Shown piece after piece: positions 26,438-35,485 of a stretch of DNA of 52,809 nt. The stretch's first letter is position 1. Each line of letters starts with the position of its first letter. Source of the DNA: an uncultured Candidatus Berkelbacteria bacterium (GTDB lineage Bacteria; Patescibacteriota; UBA1384; XYA2-FULL-43-10; CAINNR01); NCBI GenBank assembly GCA_903851235.1, contig CAINNR010000016.1, forward strand, positions 1 through 52,809, written 5' to 3'. A program made the position numbers and the translations under genes. Under the pieces are notes generated by a model. The model worked only from the letters and a program-made list of their open reading frames with translations. It was not told the DNA's origin and made no database searches.

Positions 26438-28573
26438 TCAATCAGACTGCAATTTTTTGTTCGATCGCTTCCGACTATAGAAAATATAATAAATTAACAA
26501 CAAAAAAGTAGCTGAAGATAATAATTCAGTCAATACTACATAACGCTCCGGCCAGAATAATAAATAAAAAATAGCGTTTTGATTTCCGTTTTTGTCGACT
26601 GAAAGTACACCGCTTGACCGCAAATCAGAAATTTTCACCTCATACCCATTGCCAATATCATTGGTTATGTGGTGTGTATTATCGGAAGAAATAACTTTAG
26701 CAAAAAAGCCACTGCCGCTCAGCAACTTCCAATAAGAATTATAACTTTCATTGAAATTCAAATTAAAATTGCCACTGATATTTTTGACCTCAATCCTATA
26801 CTTTGCCGGATTGATTTGTTCATAAGTTACGACAGGATAATTTTGACCTGAAGCAGAAATTAAGGGAGTCGTAGATTTTAATTTAATCGCTAAAATCGGT
26901 CCTTTATCGTAATAAATCTCCGCTTTTCCGACTGCAACTTCAGCTCGTAATGCTTGATCGAATTTTAATTTCTCTACATCTCCCCAATCAAAAATGTCTA
27001 AATCTTTGCGAAAAATAATGTAATCTACCCCTGCGGTTGATGACACATTGATTAGTTGATTAGCATCTTGGCTTTTTGCCGCCTCATTTATCTGATTTAT
27101 TATACTGGCAGAACCACCGGTATTGCGGTCGGAGAATGCTGATACTCCAGCAACAGGCGAAAAACCAGCATAGATATCTTGCACTTCCTGGTATGCGCCA
27201 CGAAAATTTTTGTCATATGAAGTTGAAACCATACCGCCAAGTGGGAAAAATATCGCTCTTTTGCTCTTATCATCATTTTGCAGCTTGCTGTCAAGCTCCT
27301 GATATTCTGCCGGCCAAGTTTTGGTTCTAAAGCGGAAATCTGATTGAATTTTCGGTTTACCAAAAAACGAGCCGGAAAAAAATGGCCAGGCACCAAGAAA
27401 TAGTGAAAGTAAAACCACTCCGATCAAAATATATTTCCAACGAAATTTCATCTTGAAAATATAATCGATCGTAATTGCCGCCAATGTCGCCAGAGCAAAG
27501 TTGGCTAAAACCAAAAATCTGGCGACATCTCGCATCAGATTGGCAAACGGCAGTTTGGCTACAAACTCTTGACCACCAAAATAGAAGATAATCGGCACCG
27601 CGAGTATCAGAATTAGATAGACAATATGCCGTCCGAACTTTTTCCATTGGATAAATGAAAATGCCGCCACAAAAGGCAAAGCGTAAGAAAAAATTGTCAG
27701 ATTTTTCGGAAAACTGGCTTCAAATTGATAATTAAATAAACTCGCCCAAAGCCGAAATATATTTGCTAATGTTAATTTCTCGGATGCACCAATGCTGATT
27801 GTACTTTTTACAATGTCATTGCCCACAACGCCTTGATCGGGAAATGCCAAAAGGATAAACAGCCAAAAACTGTTTAGAAGAATAAATCCGATAATCGTCG
27901 CCAAGCCGTAGACGATGCTTAACTTGAACTTCTTCGTTGATATTCCGTAGCCAAGAACTAAAGCCAGTAAAATTAACGAATACCACACTATTGTCTGAGA
28001 TTGAATTGCTAAAGTAAAAACAATTGCTGTCAATATCAGATATCGAAAATCTCGCTTATCAACCGCATTTAAAAACAAAAAACTAAAGAGAGGCATTAGG
28101 GCCAAAGACAACAGAACGTATAGCCAACCCATCAGAGAGTAATTGAAAAATACCGGAGTGAGAATAAAAATAAAACCGCCAATAAACGCCGATAGAGGTT
28201 TTAACCCAATGTAGCGAGCAAAGAGGCTAAAGTTCGCCGCGCCAAGACCAAAAGTCAGGACAAGAGAAATTTTTATTAGCAAAGGAACACCGATACCGAT
28301 TTTTGCAAACAATAATAGAGGTGCAATAAAGAAAATGACGACAGAGGATAATTGCCGGGTGCCAAAAATATTTCCGGTACGAGTCCAAGTGTGAAAAAGA
28401 GTATCAAAAAATACTTTAATCTGACTGGCAGTGGCAGGAAATCCCCAATCTCCACCGCTGAGGCTGCCTTTCGAAAAAAACAATTTAAGAAAAATCAGAA
28501 AAGAGACTAAGAAGTAAAATAAAAAAAGGTAACCATAATGTGATAAGAACTTTTTAATAATTTTCTCCATCAA
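26438..28573 (-). CDS. Large multi-TM protein, putative GT-C glycosyltransferase (YfhO/AftD-like)
   Basis: GGDWGFP, MRDVARF; C-terminal LNFNESYNSYW...F.PE plus TM; paralogous to 23792-26317. Confidence 0.65.
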   Translation of the reverse strand: MMEKIIKKFLSHYGYLFLFYFLVSFLIFLKLFFSKGSLSGGDWGFPATASQIKVFFDTLFHTWTRTGNIFGTRQLSSVVIFFIAPLLLFAKIGIGVPLLIKISLVLTFGLGAANFSLFARYIGLKPLSAFIGGFIFILTPVFFNYSLMGWLYVLLSLALMPLFSFLFLNAVDKRDFRYLILTAIVFTLAIQSQTIVWYSLILLALVLGYGISTKKFKLSIVYGLATIIGFILLNSFWLFILLAFPDQGVVGNDIVKSTISIGASEKLTLANIFRLWASLFNYQFEASFPKNLTIFSYALPFVAAFSFIQWKKFGRHIVYLILILAVPIIFYFGGQEFVAKLPFANLMRDVARFLVLANFALATLAAITIDYIFKMKFRWKYILIGVVLLSLFLGAWPFFSGSFFGKPKIQSDFRFRTKTWPAEYQELDSKLQNDDKSKRAIFFPLGGMVSTSYDKNFRGAYQEVQDIYAGFSPVAGVSAFSDRNTGGSASIINQINEAAKSQDANQLINVSSTAGVDYIIFRKDLDIFDWGDVEKLKFDQALRAEVAVGKAEIYYDKGPILAIKLKSTTPLISASGQNYPVVTYEQINPAKYRIEVKNISGNFNLNFNESYNSYWKLLSGSGFFAKVISSDNTHHITNDIGNGYEVKISDLRSSGVLSVDKNGNQNAIFYLLFWPERYVVLTELLSSATFLLLIYYIFYSRKRSNKKLQSD

Positions 28574-28574
28574 A

Positions 28575-29123
28575 TCAAGCCTTCTTTAATGATTTTATCG
28601 CTCTCGCCGGACTTCCGACAATTACAGAATATGGCGGGAATGATTTGGTCACAATACTGCCGGCACCAACAACGCAATGTTTGCCAAGTTTAACGCCTTT
28701 TAAGATGAAACTTCTGGCCCCGATAAAACAATCATCATCAATTTCAATCTGCTCGCCGGCTGTTAACCCGCTATCCATTGGCGAGATATTTGCTTTAAAC
28801 AGGTGGTCGTGATCCATAATTGAAACTCCGTAGGAAAATAAGCATTTTTTGCCAATAACAATTCCTTTTTTAACCAAAAAAGTTGCATTACGACCAATAT
28901 TGGTACCATCACCGATAGAGATTTTCGACGAAAGATCATTACCATCGATTTGCAGCCAGGCGTTCCGTCCGATCATCACGTTATCTCCGATGATGATACC
29001 TTTTAACCGAACATTCAGCCAATCATAACCGGGGCCGATGAAACTTCGGCGACCAAATCTCATCCCACGGGCTCGAGCCGGAATTGAGATCAAATAAGCA
29101 ACAGAACTTTGTATAATATTCAT
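28575..29123 (-). CDS. Hexapeptide-repeat acetyltransferase
   Basis: IEIDDDCFIGARSFILKGVKLGKHCVVGAGSIVTKSFP..GSPA. Confidence 0.9.
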   Translation of the reverse strand: MNIIQSSVAYLISIPARARGMRFGRRSFIGPGYDWLNVRLKGIIIGDNVMIGRNAWLQIDGNDLSSKISIGDGTNIGRNATFLVKKGIVIGKKCLFSYGVSIMDHDHLFKANISPMDSGLTAGEQIEIDDDCFIGARSFILKGVKLGKHCVVGAGSIVTKSFPPYSVIVGSPARAIKSLKKA

Positions 29124-29126
29124 AAT

Positions 29127-30080
29127 TTAGACTCTCTGTTTGCCGAAAATTATCCCACGAATCGAATAGAAGGCGCTGACGAATAACAAAAAAATATTTA
29201 AAAACGGCAATATTAAAATTCGCGGATTACGATATTCTCTAGCAAAAATTATTTTGCTGTAATAGACAGAGTATATCAAAATTAGAGCCAAAGCCAGAAA
29301 TCTGACGTATGGAATTAACAGCCCGATGAGCAAAAATTCACGAAAAAAAGCGTTGAAAATCTGCCTTGGAGTTTTTATTACCCAATGGCGCAACATGACT
29401 CCTTGAGCTTCGGAGTATTGCCCCTGTTTTTTGATAATATCTTTGGCCGAAAATTTATCATCATCTCTATGGAGGTGAATAATTTTTGCCTTTGTCGGAA
29501 CCAGTTGACCAATCTTACTTAAACGATTGATGATATCGCCATCCTCACCGGCAGTTCGGAAATTTTTGGCGTCAAATCCGCCGACTCTCTTTAGCGCGCT
29601 TCGGCGAAAACAATCGAACTTTCCGTCAAGCCCGCAATAAGTTCTTTCGACCATTCTGGCAAAAAAAACTTTCTGCCAAAAATTATACCTTTGCCAAACT
29701 TTGATCGGATGCAAAACTTGATGGTAGGCGGCGACAATAGTTTTGTCGGATGTTACAAGTGGTTTGACCAACTCTTCCAACGAATTTTTTTTCAAGATAA
29801 CGTCTTGGTGAAGTGTAACTATTAGGTCGGATTTTGACTTTTCAATTCCTTCATTATAGGTCGCCGCCAAACCGATCGGTTTCGAATGATTAATTACTTT
29901 GGCGCAAGTTAAACGATTTTTTCGAATAAAATCATTGATAATTTCAGCCGAGGCATCACGAGAACCGTCGTTAAACAACAAAAGCTGATCAAACTTCAAA
30001 CTTTGATTAACCAGGCTTTGCAGAGTCTTTTCGATCGTTGACTCGCCATTATAAATTGGAACAATGATTGATATCGACAT
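29127..30080 (-). CDS. GT2 glycosyltransferase
   Basis: SIIVPIYNGE, NDGSRD, HQD, GED; C-terminal TM helices. Confidence 0.9.
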   Translation of the reverse strand: MSISIIVPIYNGESTIEKTLQSLVNQSLKFDQLLLFNDGSRDASAEIINDFIRKNRLTCAKVINHSKPIGLAATYNEGIEKSKSDLIVTLHQDVILKKNSLEELVKPLVTSDKTIVAAYHQVLHPIKVWQRYNFWQKVFFARMVERTYCGLDGKFDCFRRSALKRVGGFDAKNFRTAGEDGDIINRLSKIGQLVPTKAKIIHLHRDDDKFSAKDIIKKQGQYSEAQGVMLRHWVIKTPRQIFNAFFREFLLIGLLIPYVRFLALALILIYSVYYSKIIFAREYRNPRILILPFLNIFLLFVSAFYSIRGIIFGKQRV

Positions 30081-30089
30081 TTTACCGAT

Positions 30090-30764
30090 TTAAGATAATT
30101 TTTTAATACTAAAAAGACCAAACGCCGACCTAGGCAAATGGTAGGCCAGTATTTGACTTAGTGAGGCAATGACAAACCAGAAAGATTTTGGTTGAAAGCG
30201 AATTGTTGCGGTCATATCATCGCCCATTGTGGTTGACTGAACTTCACGGCGAAAAAACTTAAAGCCGGCCAGACCGTGGCAAGTAAAACCAAGACCAGAC
30301 ATTTTTTTGTAACTCCAACCGGATAAATGTTTTTGCCAGGGATTATCGTCGAGTGATTTCTGAGGCAAAAAACCATTTGGAGAGGACACAATCAGCTTCT
30401 TTCTTGCCCATTTTTCAGCTTTTTTCAAAATCTTGCGGCCGACTTTTTCCGGCAAATGTTCTAAGACTTCGATCATAATTACGGCATCAAAAGAATCTTT
30501 CGGAAAATCGAGATCCAAAATGTCTTTTTTTAAATATTTAGAGTGAATATTTTTCGATTTCGATGCTTTCAGATACTCATCAAAAATTTCAACACCGAGG
30601 CTTTTTTTGACATCCCGGCAATATTGCAACGGTGATGACGGGCCACAACCTAAATCCAAAACGCTTTCACAACCGGAGAGTTCTCTTTTCAAGCAATAAA
30701 CAACTGTCGGGAAGAGAAAACTAACAATTCTGTTATGATAAAGTTTTTTGACCAGATTTCTCAT
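30090..30764 (-). CDS. Class I SAM-dependent methyltransferase
   Basis: VLDLGCG; FDAV..IEVLEHL. Confidence 0.9.
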   Translation of the reverse strand: MRNLVKKLYHNRIVSFLFPTVVYCLKRELSGCESVLDLGCGPSSPLQYCRDVKKSLGVEIFDEYLKASKSKNIHSKYLKKDILDLDFPKDSFDAVIMIEVLEHLPEKVGRKILKKAEKWARKKLIVSSPNGFLPQKSLDDNPWQKHLSGWSYKKMSGLGFTCHGLAGFKFFRREVQSTTMGDDMTATIRFQPKSFWFVIASLSQILAYHLPRSAFGLFSIKKLS

Positions 30765-31774
30765 TTCGTACCATATAATTTTATTCCGGCCAAATCCTTG
30801 GCGATTATATTGCGTTTATATCGATCAACCAGCGGAATCAGGATGAAACGCGGAACTATAGTCAGACCGATAACATAAAACCAAAACTTAAGTGAGTACA
30901 AATTTTTCGGCCGGTATTTAATTAAAAGCCCGATCTCGTTGAAAAATAAGGGGAACTTTGAGTAGTTTTTCATTTGAACCAAACCATCATAATTTAGAGC
31001 AATGTGACTAATCCCCCACTGTCGAGGTATTTGATACTTTTTTCCTTTTAGAACTTTTTTAAACATCCGCACCCAGGTGAAAGTCGGAGAAGGCTCATAA
31101 ATTGAGGACAACGATCTGGTTTGACTGGAAAAAATCCGAACGGCCAAAATATAATCTTTCAAAAATACCGCTTTATGTTCACGGAAAATCGCCAAGAATG
31201 GATAAATATGCGCCGGGAAAATGTCCGGGTGGATCGGCTCTCGCATCCAATCGTTGCGATAAGCTAAACCGGACAGTTGACCGACCGATTCAAAAACTTT
31301 GGAAAAAACTTTTTCATCGTCAAAAATTGAGATTAAACAATCAGAATTTTCATCAAGCGGTTTAACCGCGCGAACAGCTGAATTGACACTGTCATTTTCA
31401 AACCAATAGTACGGTCTGGTGACAACACCGACGTCTTTATCCATTTTAAAAGCCGCAAATGTTTTTTCGAGAGCAAATTTGGATAAAATATCATCATTAC
31501 CCATTAAATAAACATATTTACCCGTCGCCAATTCCCGGCATCTTTTCAGATTACCCGAATAACCAAGATTTTTTTCGTTCCGAAAGTATTTAATTCGCGA
31601 ATCTTTCGCTTGCCACTTTTTGATCACCTCCTCGGTTTTGTCCGGCGAATTGTCGTCAACAATAATCAGTTCGAAATCCGAAAAAGTTTGGTTCAAAATG
31701 CTCTTGATTGTCGCACCGATGATCCCAGCTGATTTATAAGCCGGAATCAGGACAGAAAAAATTGGTTTCTTCAT
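30761..31774 (-). CDS. GT2 glycosyltransferase
   Basis: SVLIPAYK, DDNSPDKT, GNDD. Confidence 0.9.
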   Translation of the reverse strand: MKKPIFSVLIPAYKSAGIIGATIKSILNQTFSDFELIIVDDNSPDKTEEVIKKWQAKDSRIKYFRNEKNLGYSGNLKRCRELATGKYVYLMGNDDILSKFALEKTFAAFKMDKDVGVVTRPYYWFENDSVNSAVRAVKPLDENSDCLISIFDDEKVFSKVFESVGQLSGLAYRNDWMREPIHPDIFPAHIYPFLAIFREHKAVFLKDYILAVRIFSSQTRSLSSIYEPSPTFTWVRMFKKVLKGKKYQIPRQWGISHIALNYDGLVQMKNYSKFPLFFNEIGLLIKYRPKNLYSLKFWFYVIGLTIVPRFILIPLVDRYKRNIIAKDLAGIKLYGTK

Positions 31775-31777
31775 CAG

Positions 31778-32455
31778 TTAATCTTTCTTATTTAATTTAG
31801 TACATTTAAATATTAAGCTTTTCCCTAACTTCGGGAAAATCCTGACAAAAAATTTATCCACAACTTTGCCTTGCGGATCAAAGTTAATTGTATCAGTCAC
31901 AAAGCGAATCGGCAAAAAATTATTTTCCACTAACAAGTTTTTCAATGAATCGTAGGTGAAATATCTAATGTGGCCGGCATCGTAACTTCTGGCCGTCGTT
32001 TCAATTAATGGGCTGATGCCAAAAGCCAAGAATATTCTCCGGCCGAACGAAGCTAAATTCGGTGTATCAATGACCAAATGACCGCTAGGTTTAAGCGCAA
32101 GAAGGATATTAGTCAGAAATTTATCTGTATCGAAAATGTGTTCGATGATTTCGCCAGCATAAACAACATCAAATTTCTCCTTTAATTTTTTTTGCCAATC
32201 CGAATTAAGATCAAGATCGTAAACTTTTATTCCTCGCTTCTTGCATTTTTTGATCGCCCCTTCGGCAATTTCAATTCCGGTTACATCATTGCCCATGTCG
32301 GAAATTATTTTGCTAAACATTCCATCGCCGCAGCCCAAATCTAAAACCTTTTTATTGCTACCGATCATTTTAAGAACGTTTGCAAACCGGACAGCTTCAA
32401 TTTTATTGAACGGAAAGTCGTGTTTGTATCTGATTGTATTAAATTTCTTGTTCAT
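31778..32455 (-). CDS. Class I SAM-dependent methyltransferase
   Basis: VLDLGCGDG; FDVVYAGEIIEHI; TPN. Confidence 0.9.
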   Translation of the reverse strand: MNKKFNTIRYKHDFPFNKIEAVRFANVLKMIGSNKKVLDLGCGDGMFSKIISDMGNDVTGIEIAEGAIKKCKKRGIKVYDLDLNSDWQKKLKEKFDVVYAGEIIEHIFDTDKFLTNILLALKPSGHLVIDTPNLASFGRRIFLAFGISPLIETTARSYDAGHIRYFTYDSLKNLLVENNFLPIRFVTDTINFDPQGKVVDKFFVRIFPKLGKSLIFKCTKLNKKD

Positions 32456-33618
32456 TTTGTCGTTAAACCGATGATTTTTGATTCTTCCTTGGCAATTTCA
32501 TCCCAGCTATATTTTCTTATCATATTCTCCCCCTGGCTGGCAAGTTCGGCCAATTTTTTTCGATTTTTTAAAAGTGATGATATTTTTTCGGCAAAACTTT
32601 TCTTATTTCCGATGCTCGCAGTTTCAACCAAGTGATCAAAAACTTCCTTGTAAACTGGTAGATCCCAAGCTACAACCGGAACCCCAGACGCGAAGGCTTC
32701 AGCAACTGCGATACCAAAACCCTCTTCGTGACTGGGAAAAATGAAAACTTCTGATGATTTCAAAATTTTGTAAGCTTCGTCGTTTTCCAAAAAGCCCATA
32801 ATTTCAACACTCTTAGAAATTCCTAAAATATCAAAAGACGCTTGCAATTTTGATTTAATCTCGTCACTACCGCCACCAATAATTTTCAACTTCGCGGTTG
32901 GAACTTTTTTCACCACTTCCGACCAAATCTCCGGCAATTCAAAAATTCCCTTTGACGGCACCAGTCGAGCGATAAAACAACATTGATTCGCAGTCTTTTT
33001 TACCTTAATATTTTTAAAATATTCTAAATCAATACCGCAAGGATTTACAACTATTTTCTTTTTATCAAAGTGATACTTTCCCGTAAGCTCGTCTTGAACT
33101 TGGTAGTTAAGATTGATGATTTTGTCCGCCAGCCGGTTAATTCTGGCAAATGAAAAATCCTGAATTTTTGATCCGATGATGCTGACAATTTTGTTACCCG
33201 GTCGCTGCCGCCAATTCGGGTAAATGTGAAAAATACAGGAAATCCATTTCGTCTTCAAATTTTTTTTCTTATATTGATACGCCGGCAGCACGTCGGGGAA
33301 AAAGTCGGATGACGAATAAATGACGTCGTACTTTTTTTCGGCCAACTTTTTTATCAGCCAATTCGCCCGTTTTCTATATCTAAATAGAATGTTGCCCGTC
33401 TCCAAATTTTCCGGCGAGATGATGAAATTAGCCTCACAAACTTCCTTTTTGATAACAGCAAAACCATCCTTTGAAGTGTAAATATCAAGGCTGAAATCTT
33501 TGCCAATCCGCTGAAAAATTTGCATCACTCTTTGGTCGCCACCGGAAATTCCGGCGCCGGCATTCCAAAATGAATTGATCAGGATTGCAATTTTAGGTTT
33601 TCCAGACTTATTTGCCAT
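32452..33618 (-). CDS. GT4 glycosyltransferase
   Basis: ARLVPSKG; PSHEEGFGIAVAEAFASGVPVV. Confidence 0.9.
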   Translation of the reverse strand: MANKSGKPKIAILINSFWNAGAGISGGDQRVMQIFQRIGKDFSLDIYTSKDGFAVIKKEVCEANFIISPENLETGNILFRYRKRANWLIKKLAEKKYDVIYSSSDFFPDVLPAYQYKKKNLKTKWISCIFHIYPNWRQRPGNKIVSIIGSKIQDFSFARINRLADKIINLNYQVQDELTGKYHFDKKKIVVNPCGIDLEYFKNIKVKKTANQCCFIARLVPSKGIFELPEIWSEVVKKVPTAKLKIIGGGSDEIKSKLQASFDILGISKSVEIMGFLENDEAYKILKSSEVFIFPSHEEGFGIAVAEAFASGVPVVAWDLPVYKEVFDHLVETASIGNKKSFAEKISSLLKNRKKLAELASQGENMIRKYSWDEIAKEESKIIGLTTK

Positions 33619-33621
33619 TTT

Positions 33622-33754
33622 TTAACTCTGTTTTCAATTTACCCGATTTAGTTCCCTAGCCCCAAACACCACCTGTCCGACCTTTACCCGACCATAAACC
33701 CAAAGCGTCAACCAACAAACCATTGGATGGAATAACCAAGCGCGATCCGATTTT
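33622..33754 (-). pseudogene. Relic diverged copy of the 3' end of GT2 gene 33986-34999
   Basis: Ungapped alignment with 33989-34115, 97/127 identical by hand count; reads DRAWLFHPMVCWLTLWVYGRVKVGQVVFGARELNRVN*KQS*. Confidence 0.85.
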
Positions 33755-33818
33755 AATAGAAATTATCCGCCGTTACCAGTCTAACTTTTGCGTCTGGGTA
33801 TCTGTTTTTAAAAATCGT

Positions 33819-33881
33819 ATGTATAAATAGTTATATCTTTTTAAGCACCCAATGTACAAAAAGTTATATCTATTTATACAT
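33819..33881. repeat. 24-bp inverted repeat (22/24) with a 15-nt spacer, operator-like
   Basis: atgtataaatagttatatcttttt ... aaaaagttatatctatttatacat. Confidence 0.75.
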
Positions 33882-33985
33882 CGTGACTTGTTTCTGTTGA
33901 GCTTTCTTTGATATATTGTGAACCCGATTATAGGTTAATCCTCATATCCAATTCCTAATAGATCAATGGATAGGCTTTTATCACC

Positions 33986-34999
33986 TTACTGTTTCCAGCC
34001 AGCCCGATTCAGTTCCCGGGCACCGAAAATCATCTGCCCGATCTTACCCCAGCCGTAAACCCAAAGCGTCAACCAGCAGGCCAACGGATGAAAGAACCAG
34101 GCGCGATCCGGTTTTTTAACATAGCCGATGCAAGCCTCGACAAAGGTCGGCAACCAGAGTGCGGAAAAAATAATGAATTTTACAAACCCACCTTTGTTCA
34201 ATTTGTTCCAAGGATATTTCCGTACGCCAAGTTTATTGTAATAGCCGAAATCTTTGATTCGCCGCTTTTGTTTGCGAATGAAAGTTGAAACCGTACCGGA
34301 AAAAACGTGGATGATGCCAACTTTGACTTTGGCAAATTTATTTTTCTTATGTGCTATCAGTTCGTGAATTTCATCAATGTCAAATAAATAATCACCAACC
34401 TGTTTTTCTATCAGTGCCCGACGAATCATCGTGCCGTTGGCGCCGATTGTCGGAACCTTATATTTCTCCAGAGTTAACTTGATGTAGTTGCCGCAATCTT
34501 CCTCCACCACCGGTAAAGCGGTCCAGCGGCCGGTCAGATGATTAATACGGTCATAATTGCCCAAGTACATGCAGATCGGATCATTCATACCAATTAGGGC
34601 ACAGTAGCGGGTAATATAGCCATCTTTCTTTCGATAAGTATATTCGATCGGCTCAGACCCGATAATCTGGCTGTCAACAAACGGCTCAACCATTCGCTCC
34701 AACCATTTTTTGTCCGGTAGATAATTGTCCGAGTCGATCAAGGCAATAATTTCATTTTTGGCCGCTTTGAGTCCGGCGGCTTTGCCGGCTTCACCGGTTA
34801 TAAGCTTATTCGGTACGACACGGCAACCGTACTTTTTGGCGATGGCAAGTGTTTTATCGGTTGAACCACCATCGGCAATAATAATTTCGTACTTTGATTT
34901 CGGATACTCTTGATTTCGGATCCGACGCAAACATTCGCCAAGCGGCTTGGCGGCATTCAAGGTTGGGATAATAATGGAGACTGTCGGTTGATTTTTCAT
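33986..34999 (-). CDS. GT2 glycosyltransferase
   Basis: VSIIIPTLN, ADGGSTDKT, IDSDN; C-terminal TM helices. Confidence 0.9.
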   Translation of the reverse strand: MKNQPTVSIIIPTLNAAKPLGECLRRIRNQEYPKSKYEIIIADGGSTDKTLAIAKKYGCRVVPNKLITGEAGKAAGLKAAKNEIIALIDSDNYLPDKKWLERMVEPFVDSQIIGSEPIEYTYRKKDGYITRYCALIGMNDPICMYLGNYDRINHLTGRWTALPVVEEDCGNYIKLTLEKYKVPTIGANGTMIRRALIEKQVGDYLFDIDEIHELIAHKKNKFAKVKVGIIHVFSGTVSTFIRKQKRRIKDFGYYNKLGVRKYPWNKLNKGGFVKFIIFSALWLPTFVEACIGYVKKPDRAWFFHPLACWLTLWVYGWGKIGQMIFGARELNRAGWKQ

Positions 35000-35032
35000 A
35001 AGGTTTATTTAATTGATTACTAGTGATTATTT

Positions 35033-35458
35033 TTACGTCCACAACTTATTATGATCGAAGTTTTTAGCAGCTCGATAGGAGATAAAATATGTCGGCCAAA
35101 CAGCGCCGTTCATGACAGTATCGTAGAGCAGATGAAGTAAATTGGAAAAACCGAGCGAAAGAAACAGCCAGCCAAGATTCGGAAAAATAAATCCCAGCGC
35201 AATGAAGATGATAGCATATTCAAAACCGTGAGCAAAAACATAAACTTTACCGGAAGTGACAAAATGTTTGCCGGAAAAAAAATCAGCTGAGTTGAGTTTG
35301 AAACCGCGGTTGATAAAATAATCTATCAAGTGATCGCCATCGATAAAAAAACCGCCGACCAAGGCCAATCCAACGGCCCAAAAATCATGGCAAAAATATC
35401 CGACTATTATGCCGACAATGATCGAAAGTGAAAAGTGAGTTAATTCGTCTTGAATCAT
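35033..35458 (-). CDS. Membrane protein, YdjM-like metal-dependent hydrolase family
   Basis: TH, IDGDH, HGFE and HLLYD motifs among TM helices. Confidence 0.6.
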   Translation of the reverse strand: MIQDELTHFSLSIIVGIIVGYFCHDFWAVGLALVGGFFIDGDHLIDYFINRGFKLNSADFFSGKHFVTSGKVYVFAHGFEYAIIFIALGFIFPNLGWLFLSLGFSNLLHLLYDTVMNGAVWPTYFISYRAAKNFDHNKLWT

Positions 35459-35485
35459 AAATTAGTCTCATTAACCCCAATAAGT

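Noticed and set aside
33632-33640. TGA at a Trp position suggesting stop-codon recoding
   Set aside because: It lies in a relic fragment; TGA ends many intact genes here (for example 2263, 3604, 41256), consistent with the standard bacterial code.
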